DNA of 54,828 bases from Octopus bimaculoides (GCF_001194135.2 NC_068982.1:125709245-125764072), one strand, 5' to 3'; counted from the first letter of the stretch, positions 36,335 to 48,125 are shown. Program-made: numbers and translations. Notes: generated by a model not told the origin, from the sequence alone.

Positions 36335-36935
36335 CATGACCGAGATCGCAACATTCCCTCTGAACGGGACGCGAAAATTTTTTTCCACGAGAGTTCCCGA
36401 CCCCAGTAATGAACTCATTTCCATACAGCCAATCAGCCTTGTTGTCAAGTTAACAAACACACTCTATCAAGTAAACTCAAGACGAAGAACGGTGTTGTAA
36501 GTCGACCGATCGCCAAGTTATGTCGGATTTTAGGAGACAAGTAATTAGATAGATTTGCATCTATACTTATTATCGGATTTTGTTAGGGCCTCATATGGTA
36601 AAGAAGTGGATGGGAAAAATGTGGGTAGAGGGTGATGTGTTAGCAACCCTCTCCCCTTACTGTTTTAAAAGTGAACAACAGCAGATAATTACGCAGAGGC
36701 AGCCATGGTTGAAACAAGAACAAGAACAACAAGCATTCTTAAAAGAGAAAAGAAACATGGTCATTCCTTACACAAGTGACCTTATTTTATCGCCCGTGAC
36801 TTGTTATGCGCTCATTAATTAGTTTGTTAGTTAAGCTCTAATTGGCTGTATGCAAATGAGTTCATAACTGGAGTACGGAACCCTCGTGGAAAAAAAATTT
36901 CGCGAACCGGATGCCGCTCCGTTGCGGTGTTCAAG
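36335..36935. mobile_element. MITE with about 100-bp inverted arms bearing octamer and CCAAT motifs
   Basis: 36370-36434 is the reverse complement of 36840-36905. ATGCAAAT lies at 36850-36857 next to ATTGG. Confidence 0.7.
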
Positions 36936-36939
36936 GATA

Positions 36940-37138
36940 GAAATTTTGAGGGGTGGGAGAGACAAGTCGATTCCATCAATCCCTGTAATAGCTGGTACTT
37001 TTGTTTTATCGACCCCAAAGGGTTGAAAGGCAAAGTTGGCCTCGGCGGGATTTGAACTTAGAACGTTAAAAGTCGAAAAAAAAATGCCATTAAGCATTTT
37101 TTATGGAAAACACTAATGACTCCTCCACTTTGCCGCCT
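36940..37138 (-). mobile_element. SINE B
   Basis: It contains tttatcgaccccaaagggttgaaaggcaaagttggcctcggcgggatttgaac and tttgccgcc. Confidence 0.85.
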
Positions 37139-37257
37139 TATTATTCAGTCTAACATATTACCTTTAAAGAGTCAACTTGTATACAACTTACAAATGGGAA
37201 CGTGATAATTGATTTCATCAGCTGTTGCAATAATTAAGTTTCATAAGATTTTATACG

Positions 37258-37540
37258 TGAAGGCGCAAGATATAGTGTTTAGAGGTTTGGGGAATCAAAG
37301 AGCCAAGATCTTAAAGTCATGATTTCGATTCTCAGACCGGCCGACACTTTGGGCTCTTGAGCAAAATTCCTAATTGTTCTTTTCCCCTCAAATGAATACC
37401 AACAATAGTTGGGGGTTCATCCTGTGACAGACTGGTGTTCCATTCAGGAAGGGTGGCGAAGGAATTATAACTCCATTCGTCGCTTGTACACCATAAAAAC
37501 CAAAATAAGATCTGGCACTAATAAGCTTGTACGTTCAAGG
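37258..37540 (+). mobile_element. Degenerate tRNA-derived SINE with V-domain-like segments
   Basis: It has a head (aggcgca..gatttcgattc), then cttgagcaa and cctgtgacagactggtgttcc. Confidence 0.5.
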
Positions 37541-37774
37541 ATAAACCGATCTAAAACTAAACCTAGGACAAACCCAAAACAAAGCAATAAGTTACAACAC
37601 ATTTTGCAAATGTTGGTATAAACTATCTCTGATAATATAACAATCAATAGATAGTGTCATAGTTTTCAATTATTATATCGTAGATATTTGAAATTCCGCT
37701 GACACAGTTACAATTGAATGCATAGACATACGCACACATATAAAGATATTTATATACATATAAACATATTTGTA

Positions 37775-38005
37775 TGAAAGGAATAAATGTATGTATGTGT
37801 GTGTGTGTGTGTGTAAACCTATATGTAATATATGTATGTATGTCTGCCTGTATGTAAGTATATCTATATGTATGGCTGTTTGCATATATGTTTGTCTGAA
37901 TGTATGTATATATGTAAGTATATCTGTATGTCTACCTGTATGTATGGCTGTATGTATGTATGTGTGTCTGTGTTTATATGTCTGTCTGTATGAATGTATG
38001 CATGT
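37775..38005. repeat. Degenerate (TATG)n/(TG)n simple repeat
   Basis: The repeat is directly visible. Confidence 0.9.
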
Positions 38006-38423
38006 ATTAAAATCAAAATTTAAGTCCCAAAACTCGCTTTAGACATTAATTCTGAAAGATTTCACAGAAATATAAACGTTGATATTATATTTCATTCAGG
38101 CTGTTCGATCAATTCGAAATTCAAAATTCTTGTTGTTTTGTATTCATTACTACTGTCTATTGATTTTGAACAGAAAATATGAAAACCTGAATTAAATAGG
38201 ATAATTTTTGGAGATATTACAGAGTAATAATTAAGTTTTAAATCAAAGGTATAATGGGCGCAAGGAAATTAGAATGAAATGATTCAAATTATGCATTTAG
38301 TGACAAGAGAGAGGGAAAAAAATAATTATAATAACGGTACAAGGGAGATAACTACGAAATTTTAATTGATTTAATTAATTGTGAGTGTTAAGTAACATAC
38401 TTTGTGACTGATAAATTATTGTT

Positions 38424-39274
38424 GGATCTTTATGGTTTGACGACCAACACTTGTTTTCTCAACGAAACACTTTCAAATTTAGGATACTGGTAGAATGTGT
38501 CATATAAAACATCTTTTTCTCTTAGCCTTCTTAACAAAAATTACTTCTTAATAAGTTATTTCATGTTAAAGTTGTCGTATTTCTGTAATTTCAACCAATC
38601 ACTGACGTCTATTCAGCTGAATACAGTTAGTGCTGTTCGGTGTCAAGTGTGTTATTCCCTGTTTAATTATATCATTATTCCCTAGTAAAGGTTTAGGGTT
38701 TTAGGGTTAGGGTTCGGGTTTTAGGGTTAGGATCGGGGTTAGGGTTAGGGTTATGGTTATGAGTTATAGGGTTAGGGTTAAGGTTATGACAAAAATAATC
38801 ATAACCCTAACCGTAATCCTAAAACTAACCCTAACTCTAAAACCCGAACCCTAACCCTAAAACCCNNNNNNNNNNNNNNNNNNNNNNNNNNNNNNNNNNN
38901 NNNCTAAAGCTAAAACCAGTACAAACGCACGAACGATGTCATAAATAACAGTGACAAACGAAATATATACCGCTGATAGTTGTTGTTGACAACGGATAGT
39001 TTTTGTTGACAAACAACGGCACTAATTTTATTCAAGGGAAAAAATCCCATGACACCGTTGTTTACATTCCACGGCGTAATTGTTTTCACCTCAATAGACG
39101 TCAGTGATTGGTTGAAATTACCGAAATACGACAATTTTTTACATGAAATAACTTCGAATACAACATTTTTTATCTGTTCTATAACACAAAATATACAAGT
39201 ATTCGAAGTTTGAAAGTGTTTCGGTACCAAAAACACTACATAAAAAAATGTTGGCCGTCAAATCATAAAGATCC
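38424..39274. mobile_element. Foldback MITE, GGATCT family, 8-bp TSD, with a central head-to-head telomeric-like palindrome
   Basis: The ends are ggatctttatggtttgacgacc and ggccgtcaaatcataaagatcc, with TSD TTATTGTT on both sides. (TTAGGG)n variants lie at 38690-38787 and (CCCTAA)n variants at 38801-38865. Confidence 0.88.
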
Positions 39275-39818
39275 TTATTGTTTTCCAAGCTCGTATTCAA
39301 ACGAATTTCACTGTGAGAGATACTTGTAGCAAGTGAAGTTCGCGAATTGGCTTCTATAATTTGTTCAATTTCCTTTTGATTATGCCACTCAATCTCCCCC
39401 TTCTTTAAGTCCTTGTCCTTCTCATCCTGTTCCTACCCCTCCTCCTCGTTGTTCGCCTTCTTGTCCTCCTACCCCTCCCGCTACCCTTTCCCTCCCTACC
39501 TTCACGTTCTCCACTTTCAACCCCCGTCCATTGTTCATCCGCTTTCTTCTGTTTCTCCTCCTTTTTCTTCTTCGTTTTTCCTTCAAGTGGTCTGATCTGA
39601 AACGGGTTTCATTAGGCTTGCGCTTTAATGCCTATCCTCTATTAACTTTGATCACTCATTAACTTCCATGTCGTGTATCTCTGCCAATAGCATCAATGCA
39701 GTTGGATAGTCTTCGTCCTCTATTATGACTTCCTATATGCTCCTCCAACATATGACTTCCTATATGTTCAGAAGTTACAGTGGTGAGCAGAGCCTATCCA
39801 TCGTTGCTATGCGTGAAA

Positions 39819-40129
39819 TCATCATCATCATCATCGTCGTCGTCGTTTAACGTCCGCTTTCCATGCTAGCATGGGTTGGACGATTTGACTGAGGACTGGT
39901 GGAGCCCGAAGGCTACACCAGGCTCCAATCTGATTTGTCAGAGTTTCTACAGCTGGATGCCCTTCCTAACGCCAACCACTCAGAGAGTGTAGTGGGTGCT
40001 TTTAAGTGCCACGACACAAGGGCCAGTTACACGGTACTGGCAACGGCCACGCTCAAAAAGGTGTTTTTTACGTGCCACCTGCACGGGAGCCAGTCCAGCG
40101 GTACTGGCAACGAACACATTAATATAATC

Positions 40130-40180
<51 letters not shown>

Positions 40181-40210
40181 TNNNNNNNNNNNNNNNNNNN
40201 NNNNNNNNNN

Positions 40211-40244
<34 letters not shown>

Positions 40245-40490
40245 GTTTAACGTCCGCTTTCCATGCTAGTATGGGTTGGACGATTTGACTGAGGACTGGT
40301 GAACCAGGCTCCAATCTGATTTGGCAGAGTTTCTACAGCTGGATGCCCATCCTAACGCCAACCATTCCGAGAGTGTAGTGGGTGCTTTTACGTGCCACCG
40401 GCACGAAAGCCAGTCAGGCGGTACTGGCAACGGCCACGCTCAAAATGGTGTGTTTTATGTGCCACCTGCACAGGAGCCAGTCACTGGTGT
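39819..40490 (-). mobile_element. Two tandem copies of a short retroposon 3' region with (GAT)n tails (about 39819-40110 and 40211-40490)
   Basis: Both begin (CAT)n cgtttaacgtccgctttccatgcta and share ggatgccc(t/a)tcctaacgccaacca. The family is not identified. Confidence 0.75.
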
Positions 40491-41028
40491 GCATAAATAT
40501 CGTCGATCCCGTTCTTACGCCATGACATAGTTTGAACCCTCGTGTGTGCACGTTACAATTAGCACCATTGGTGGTGGTGGTGGTGGTTTGGGGGAAATAT
40601 ATGCTGTCATACTTCCTTATTCCGTTCTAAAATATAAGGCATCTGTGTCCAATGAAGAAGCGACAGATATTTAGTTAGGTATCTTGTGATAAGGAGATCA
40701 GGAACGGTCGGTAACTGAGGAAAAAGCATTCTATGAAATATGTAAACAATAATTACTTTTGATAATCACAGATTATAATAGGACTTTGATATTTTTTTAA
40801 GAAAAAAAAATAAACTTCAAATATGTCAACACGAACCAAACTTCATTCATTTGTTTACATCAGTGATGATAGCTTATGAATTCATGATATTGTTATTGTG
40901 GACAAAGTTGACTGATGCGTGTGTGTGTGTGTGAGACAAAAGTTTTAAATGCTCTTTGAGATGACGTACGCGAATAGACACTCAAAAACTCAAACATGGT
41001 TTTGAGATTATTATTGCAACCGTTAGCA

Positions 41029-41243
41029 AGGCGGAGAGCTGGCAGAATCGTTAACATGTCCGGCGAAATGCTTAGTGGTTTATCTGTCTTTACGTTCTGA
41101 GTTCAAATTCCGCCGAGGTTGACTTTACCTTCCCCCCTTTCGAGGTCGCTAAATTAGGTACTAGTTGCGTACTGGGGTCGGTCTAATCTACTGGACCCCT
41201 CCCACCAAATTTCAGGCCTTATGCCTATAGTAGAAAGGATTAC
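41029..41243 (+). mobile_element. SINE B, full length, with the alternative tail
   Basis: It runs from aggcggagagctggcagaatcgtta to ccaaatttcaggccttatgcctatagtagaaagg. A partial, degenerate copy also lies at about 41535-41650. Confidence 0.9.
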
Positions 41244-41691
41244 TGCAATCAGCTTTTTAAAATTCATATGGGACACAAAAACGCTTCCTCTCGGTATGAA
41301 CACGGAGAGAACAGACCTAATCGTACCATTTGAAATCATCATGAAGTTAACACAATTGTTTTTCCAAATGTTCATATTTTATCACCTGAGAATCCACACT
41401 GGCATTTAGACCTCTTAGCAGATGATAGATATTCAGATTTTCTTATCAACTGCATGTATAATAATTAAATTTAACAAATCGGTAAACTGATATGATACAT
41501 AAAGTGTGTACAGGTGTCAAAAAGGACAAAGAATAATGACCTTCTGCCCATCCCCCGGAATCGATAAAATAAAGTACCAGTCAAATACTGACATCAATAA
41601 AATCGGCGAACCTCCATCTTCAAATTTGAAACCAGTGCCTATGCTAGAATAGGCACAGGAGGTCATATATCGAACAGACAGATGAACAGTG

Positions 41692-41866
41692 GATAACCGG
41701 TAATAAAGTCACAGCGAAAAAAGTCACAGTAATAAGTCACAATTTTGGCTAGGAAAAAAGTCAAAATTAATTTATGGGATCCGGGCAGAACCCCCTCGGA
41801 CAACCCCACCCCTCCAACAAAACCCCTGTTACTTTTTACCTGTAACTTTTTTTTTACCTGGATTCC
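41692..41866. mobile_element. Small MITE-like element with repeated AAAGTCAC subterminal motifs
   Basis: Three to four aaagtcac repeats on the left are mirrored by gttactttt/gtaactttt on the right. The ends are ggataaccggtaa and ttacctggattcc. Confidence 0.5.
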
Positions 41867-42157
41867 ATTTTCTTATTTGTCTTATTAATTCTGGGTAAAT
41901 TTCTGTTTTACCCCCACTCATACTTATTATTCAATTGCACTACTGCCCTTCAATAGTAAGCACTTGAATATAAATACGGAGGTATACATCCAGTAGTATA
42001 TTGGATATTTATTATCCTTAGATGGTTGCTTAACCTCTAACTCATACAGAAAGACAGACAGACACACACACACACACACACACATATATACATGCATACA
42101 TACGTATATATATACATATATGTATATTTTGATTGCTTATACATACATATGTGTGTG

Positions 42158-42219
<62 letters not shown>

Positions 42220-42750
42220 TTCCTCTATATGTAAAGTCCTCTACGTAATCAAATGGCTCACTTTTAAGTTGTTTTAATTACATGTCTTTTAGGAATTATC
42301 TCCGAATAAAGAAAAAAGGCGTGCCCAAGGAAAAGAAGCCACTAAGCATTTCAATGAATCAACTGAGTCATATGCAGGATAAAACAAAAGTAAACCAGAA
42401 AAGTAAATGTTAACCGCCTCAATCAGAAAATAATGCACTTGTTTCTGAAAGCAAAAAAATATTGTGTGTGTGCGCGCGCGCACGTGTGTGTATGTGTGTG
42501 TGTGTGTGTGTGTACGTGTGTGTGTACGTGTGCGTGTGTGTGTACGTGCGTTATAAGGATTTGTTCTGGAACGGGATGTATTGTGCTAGGTTGACTTCTC
42601 CTCGACATATTACTTGCAGACGAAGACATAGTGTTGAGTAAACATATATGATTTTATAAACATACCCTTAAAATATCCTGGAGATATTTTCCAGAATGTG
42701 TCACTGATAATGTATCGTCAGCATTAGTAATTTGTACCCTCTAAAGTCTA

Positions 42751-42795
<45 letters not shown>

Positions 42796-44175
42796 GTCTG
42801 TCTGTCTCTGTCTCTCTCCTTCTCTCTCACTCGCTTGCTCTCTCTATCCATCAGTAGTTTCTTATATTTAAACATCTGAAACAACTTCTTCCAGCCAGTT
42901 TTTGTTCTCTTCTCCAATTTCCACTAACCGGCAAACAATTAAGCGTTCTTCCATTATTTCATGTTCCGTATTTAGAAAAGCCACTATTATTTCCATTCCT
43001 ATGACGTCGTTTCTCGCTATCTTAAGCAATCACTACGTATCATGGCTCGAGTCAAGGAAAGAGCCATTTCGTGGTATTCCGATAGCCTAGAAATAGCAGT
43101 CAAATCTCCTTCGACTTATTATTTACAGTCTTTAAAAAAAGTGGAAATGGAAAGATATGTTGGATGTAGTCCTTGATGAACTCAGCGTGAAAAGCCTGGA
43201 TGATCACGACATAGATATATATGCTCGACGAATGATGATCTGCAACTAAATCACCACCACTGCTGCCGCCGCCGCCGTCACAACAACAACAACAACAACA
43301 AGTAATTACGGCTTTTCTCGTTGCACATTTGTCAATTCATCTACTGGATTATGAATAAATAATAGAGATCATATATGGAATCCATATGTATTTGAACTCG
43401 TTATGAAATTTATGTCCATGAGGTTATCTTTTGCCACCTTCTCAGTGAATCTTGACGATTTTTTTTAAAACTAAGGGCGAAACCAATCGGTTCGTTTTTC
43501 ATTCCAGGTGGTAGAAAAGCCCATGACTCCTGTGGAACTAATTTCACAATGAGACGAAGTACACATGTAATGACTCCATATAGTTATATATTCATTTGAA
43601 GTGGAGTGATACCTACGCCATTTTGTACCTTTTACGCTGACTCATCACAAATGCTTTAGATTCATTTCTGATATCTTTCTTATCTTCAAATCCGGTTTTC
43701 AAACAGGAATTACGGCTTTGACACTCATACATTCACGCCTCCAAGTTTCAAATAACAGTCAGTTCAATGCATTTTGCTTTTCTTCCACCAATTAAGTAAA
43801 CAACCGCTTGAAGTTCCGTGTCAGCAAATATATATTTCACATTATGACATATTTAGGAAATCCTTCTCTTCTTCCAACAATCATAGTTCGCATTGTAAGA
43901 CTACACAAGTTATTTACAAGAGACCATACTAAAATTGTACTACAGGTGTTCTCACTGCAAAGCAGAGCAACACTAGGGGTAAGCAAGAGAGCCCTACAGG
44001 GGTTCGCGAGGTCTGTAAAAAAAAGGCAATAAAAATGGCTTCCGCTGTTATCTATCTTATTGTATTCCAACTATCGCCCAATGTGTTCTAGCTGGACATA
44101 ACTGGAGTACACTGGAAGAAAAAAAATTGAGAATCCCTGTGGTATAGAAAATATATACATAAAATACACACACAC

Positions 44176-44525
44176 GTGTGTGTGGTAAGGAGCTTACTTC
44201 CCAACCACATGGTTCCGGGTTCAGTCCCACTGCATGGTACCTTGGGCAAGTATCTTCTACTATAGTCTCAGGCTAACCAAAGACTTGTGAGTAGATTTGG
44301 TAGATGAAAACTGAAAGAAGTCCGTTGTATATGTGTGTGTGTGTGTATTTGTGTGCCTGTGTTTGTCCCCCCCCCACTATCGCTTGGCAACCGATGTTAG
44401 TGTGTTTATATCCCCGTAGCCTAGCGATTCGGCAAAATAGTCCGATAGAATAAGTCCTGGGGTCGATTTGTCCCACTAAAGGTGGTACTCCAGCATGGCC
44501 GCAGTCAAATGAGTGAAACAATTGA
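44176..44525 (+). mobile_element. SINE A
   Basis: It has a head, core and tail (ggtggtactccagcatggccgcagtcaaatgagtgaaaca), followed by (TA)n running into a gap. Confidence 0.9.
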
Positions 44526-44527
44526 GA

Positions 44528-44562
<35 letters not shown>

Positions 44563-44939
44563 NNNNNNNNNNNNNNNNNNNNNNNNNNNNNNNNNNNNNN
44601 NNNNNNNNNNNNNNNNNNNNNNNNNNNNNNNNNNNNNNNNNNNNNNNNNNNNNNNNNNNNNNNNNNNNNNNNNNNNNNNNNNNNNNNNNNNNNNNNNNNN
44701 NNNNNNNNNNNNNNNNNNNNNNNNNNNNNNNNNNNNNNNNNNNNNNNNNNNNNNNNNNNNNNNNNNNNNNNNNNNNNNNNNNNNNNNNNNNNNNNNNNNN
44801 NNNNNNNNNNNNNNNNNNNNNNNNNNNNNNNNNNNNNNNNNNNNNNNNNNNNNNNNNNNNNNNNNNNNNNNNNNNNNNNNNNNNNNNNNNNNNNNNNNNN
44901 NNNNNNNNNNNNNNNNNNNNNNNNNNNNNNNNNNNNNNN

Positions 44940-44974
<35 letters not shown>

Positions 44975-45019
44975 TATATACACACACACACACAAAATTA
45001 ACAGAATGAGATCAAAATC

Positions 45020-46420
45020 CAAGGCTGTGAAAGATTTCAGAAGTCTTACAGCTGTTTCCGGGATATTTTATATATCCCTTCATCGGAGACGGTGCGAGAA
45101 AATGGTTAAGCAATAGTTATTCTAGAGAAGATATGAAATAGAGAGTGAAGTGGAGGAATAAAACAGACGTGAGATATGCGGGGATATTGTATCTGCAGTT
45201 CCATTATTTAAGCAGAATGGTACACATATAAGTTTCCTGTACCTTGTGTGTAAGTTCCAATATTATTTAAAATTGGTCATTCCAAGCATAAAATGTGTAA
45301 AAGATGTTACTGGATCGAGGGTTATATATATATATATCGTCTGTAAAATACATAAATCCGAAAGAAGAACACACTCCTAGATGTAGAGCAGTATATATTA
45401 TATTAAAGATGGGATTGCTTTGAGTTTCCCGTCCATAAAGGGTTTAGCTTTCTGGAATATCGTCAGATCCTAAAACCTGCTGGCCCAAGACTTCTTAAAA
45501 ATATGGAGGAGGAAATGCCTCACTACTCAAAGGTAACAATTGGGGATTATCTCCCTTTGCTATTGGCTATCGACTTCCGGCTGTGCCGCCATCTTGTGGG
45601 CTCCAAAAGGCTAGCAGGAACCTCCTGAAATGTAAACATGGCCCGAAAATCTCCGTTCAAGAGTTAAGGATGTTCCCTGGTTCGATCGAGTCTTTTAGGA
45701 TTCTCGCGCGTTCAGCTATGCATAGCTTGCAATGTTTCGTCCCGTTTATGTTGGGGCCTGGGTTCACGAGGATTTTCCATGAGATCGAGTATGGAATCCC
45801 CTCGTCTCTTGGTTGCCAGACATGGCTGTCCAATGATGTTACGTATCTCCTTTCCGGAACTCTGAAGGAAGACATGTGGTTGGAGAAACGTTGCATGAAA
45901 GAGTTCCCTTCATCAATTGTCGACTGTTTTATCTACTTCACATTTCGAGCAATTACAAGATGTGCCTTTGCGAAAACAGTTGCTCCCGCAAAGCAAAATT
46001 AATTTTAGGATTTGTGGAAGGTCAAAGCTGGTAATAAAACAAAACAGTGAAAACAAACAGTAAGGGTTGCTAAGCCATAACGAGGTGCGATGGCGAACAC
46101 TGGAGGAACAAGCTTTGACAGGAGAAAAGATAGGAGAGGAGACAGACAAAAATACGTGTGATCTGCGTGGTAGATCAAAAGGAAGTAAACTCAAGTTAAG
46201 AAAAGAAAGATGACCGATGGTCACGTGAGAGTAAAGGAGGAAAAGTGAGAAAGAGAGAGGGACAGCTAGGGAACGGTGAAGGGAAGAGGAAAAGAATTAG
46301 AGAAAGGAAGAGAGCGGAAACGAAAGGTGGGAGAGAGAACAGTACAGAGAGTAGCATCAAAATTATTAAGATAAACTTACTTGGAAATGAATATGTGGCG
46401 TTCAATTATATAATAATATA
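45020..46420 (-). mobile_element. Penelope-like element 3' fragment (GIY-YIG C-terminal region plus 3'UTR/pLTR)
   Basis: ORF 45657-45896(-) reads RFSNHMSSFR..TSLDSHVW..YSISWKIL..CKLCIAER..ILN, the typical PLE endonuclease tail. A hammerhead motif lies downstream. Confidence 0.85.
45043..45090 (-). ncRNA. Minimal type I hammerhead ribozyme motif (core variant)
   Basis: The minus strand reads GTCT-CCGATGA-A-GGGATAT-ATAAA-ATATCCC-G-GAA-ACAGCTGT-A-AGAC. Stem I is GTCT/AGAC, stem II has 7 bp, stem III is the palindrome ACAGCTGT and the cleavage triplet is GUA. U4 is replaced by C. Confidence 0.75.
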
Positions 46421-46422
46421 AA

Positions 46423-47602
46423 CTAGCTGGTCTCGTGAAAAAATCACGGAAAACCAAAAATGTAAGCATCTGCAAACAGTGTACGTACGATCGTCTGTTC
46501 GAACGTATACACGCATATATACGAAAAAACGAACGTACGTAGGTGCATACGTTCGTTTGTTCGAACGTACGCACGTATATATGCGAAAGAAAGAACGCAC
46601 GTAGGTACGTACATTCGTTTGTTCGAACGTACGTACGCACGTATATATGCGAAAGAACGAACGCACGCAGGTGCGTACGTTCGTTTGTTCGAACGTACGC
46701 AAGTGTATATTCGAAAGAACGAACGCACGTAGGTACTACGTTCGTTTGTTCGAACGAACGCACTTATATATGCGAAAGAACGAACGCACGTAGGTACGTA
46801 CGTTCGTTTGTTCGAAAGTACGCGCGTATATATGCGAAAGAACGAACGCAAGTAGGTACGTACATTCGTTTGTTCGAACGTACGCGCGAATATATGCGAA
46901 AGAACGAACGCACGGAGGTACGTACGTTCGTTTGTTCGAACGTACGCAAGTGTATATTCGAAAGAACGAACGCACGTAGGTACGTACGTTCGTTTGTTCG
47001 AACGTACGCACTTATATATGCGAAAGAACGAAATATCGTAGGTACGTACGTTCGTCTGTTCGAACATACGCACGTATATATGCGAAAGAATGAACGCACG
47101 TAGGTACATACGTTCGTTTCTTCGAACGTACGCACGTATATATGCGAAAGAACGAACGCACGTAGGTACGTACATTCTTTTGTTCGAACGTGCTTGCACA
47201 CGTATATATGCGATAGAACGAACGCACGTAGGTGCATACGGTCGTTTGTTCGAAAGTACGCGCGTATATATGCGAAAGAACGAACGCACGTAGTTACGGA
47301 CTTTCGTCTGTTCGAACATACGCGCGCATATATGCGAAAGAACGAACGCACGGAGGTACGTACGTTCGTTTGTTCGAACGTACGCACGTATATATGCGAA
47401 AGAACGAACGCAAGTAGGTACGTACATTCGTTTGTTCGAACGTACGCGCGAATATATGCGAAAGAACGAACGCACGTAGGTACGTACGTTCGTTTGTTCG
47501 AACGTACGCACTTATATATGCGAAAGAACGAAATATCGTAGGTACGTACGTTCGTTTGTTCGAATGTACGCACGTATATATGCGAAAGAATGAACGCACG
47601 TA
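46423..47602 (-). mobile_element. Helitron-like 3' end followed by an internal tandem array
   Basis: The minus-strand end is CGTGA-TTTTT-TCACG hairpin, agaccag, CTAG|T (CTAG at 46423-46426). No 5' TC end was found. Confidence 0.65.
46485..47602. repeat. Minisatellite of about 18 x 62-bp units, CpG-rich and palindrome-rich
   Basis: The unit is approximately TACGTACGTTCGTTTGTTCGAACGTACGCACGTATATATGCGAAAGAACGAACGCACGTAGG. Confidence 0.95.
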
Positions 47603-47952
47603 GGAGACAGACAAAAAAATGTGTGATCTGCATGGTAGATCAAAAGGAAGTAAACTCAAGTTAAGAAAAGAAAGATGACCGATGGTCACGTGAGAGTAAA
47701 GGAGGAAAAGTGAGAAAGAGAGAGGGACAGATAGGGAACGGTGAAGGGAAGAGGAAAAGAATTAGAGAAAGGAAGAGAGCGGAAACGAAAGGGGAGAGAA
47801 AGAACAGTACAGAGTAGAGTCGCATCAAAATTATTAAGATAAACTTACTTGGAAATGGATACGTGGCGTTCAATTATATAATAATATAAACTAGCTGGTC
47901 TCGTGAAAAATTCACGGCAAACCAAAAATGTAAGCATCTGCAAACAGTGTAC
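47603..47952. repeat. Direct duplicate of 46138-46484 (PLE-adjacent flank plus Helitron 3' end)
   Basis: It is colinear from ggagacagacaaaa to gcaaacagtgtac with scattered substitutions and small indels. The second CTAG is at 47891-47894. Confidence 0.92.
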
Positions 47953-47984
47953 TGGTGCCATCAGAAATGTTTGTATATTATGAC

Positions 47985-48125
47985 CGTCTGTCTTTACGTT
48001 CTGAGTTCAAATTCTGGCGAGATCGACTTTGCCTTTCGCCCTTTCGGCATCGATAAATTAAGTACCAGTTGTGTACTGTGTCGATCTAATCAACTGGCGC
48101 CCTCCCCACAAAAATTTTAGGCCTT
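47985..48125 (+). mobile_element. SINE B, 5'-truncated
   Basis: It contains gtctgtctttacgttctgagttcaaattc, gactttgcctttc, taaattaagtaccag and aaaattttaggcctt. Confidence 0.85.

Noticed and set aside
38690-38865. Ancestral telomere-telomere chromosome fusion site
   Set aside because: The array lies inside TIRs with an exact 8-bp TSD, and a related element (52001-52647) also carries CCCTAA repeats, so a transposon origin is more parsimonious.
39290-39740. Possible third Penelope GIY-YIG remnant on the minus strand
   Set aside because: There are only vague similarities around a polypyrimidine tract and no convincing catalytic motif.
43700-44070. Weak kelch-like (VYLIGG) or GST-like (DLANPCRALLL) peptide resemblances on the minus strand
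   Set aside because: The motifs are short, in different frames and interrupted by stops, with no consistent domain or splice structure.
46444-47633. Long ORFs (355, 289 and 186 aa) over the 62-bp array; also a superficially CRISPR-like periodicity
   Set aside because: The ORFs are repetitive translations of a stop-poor tandem repeat. Units are contiguous with no unique spacers, no cas genes are present and the context is eukaryotic.
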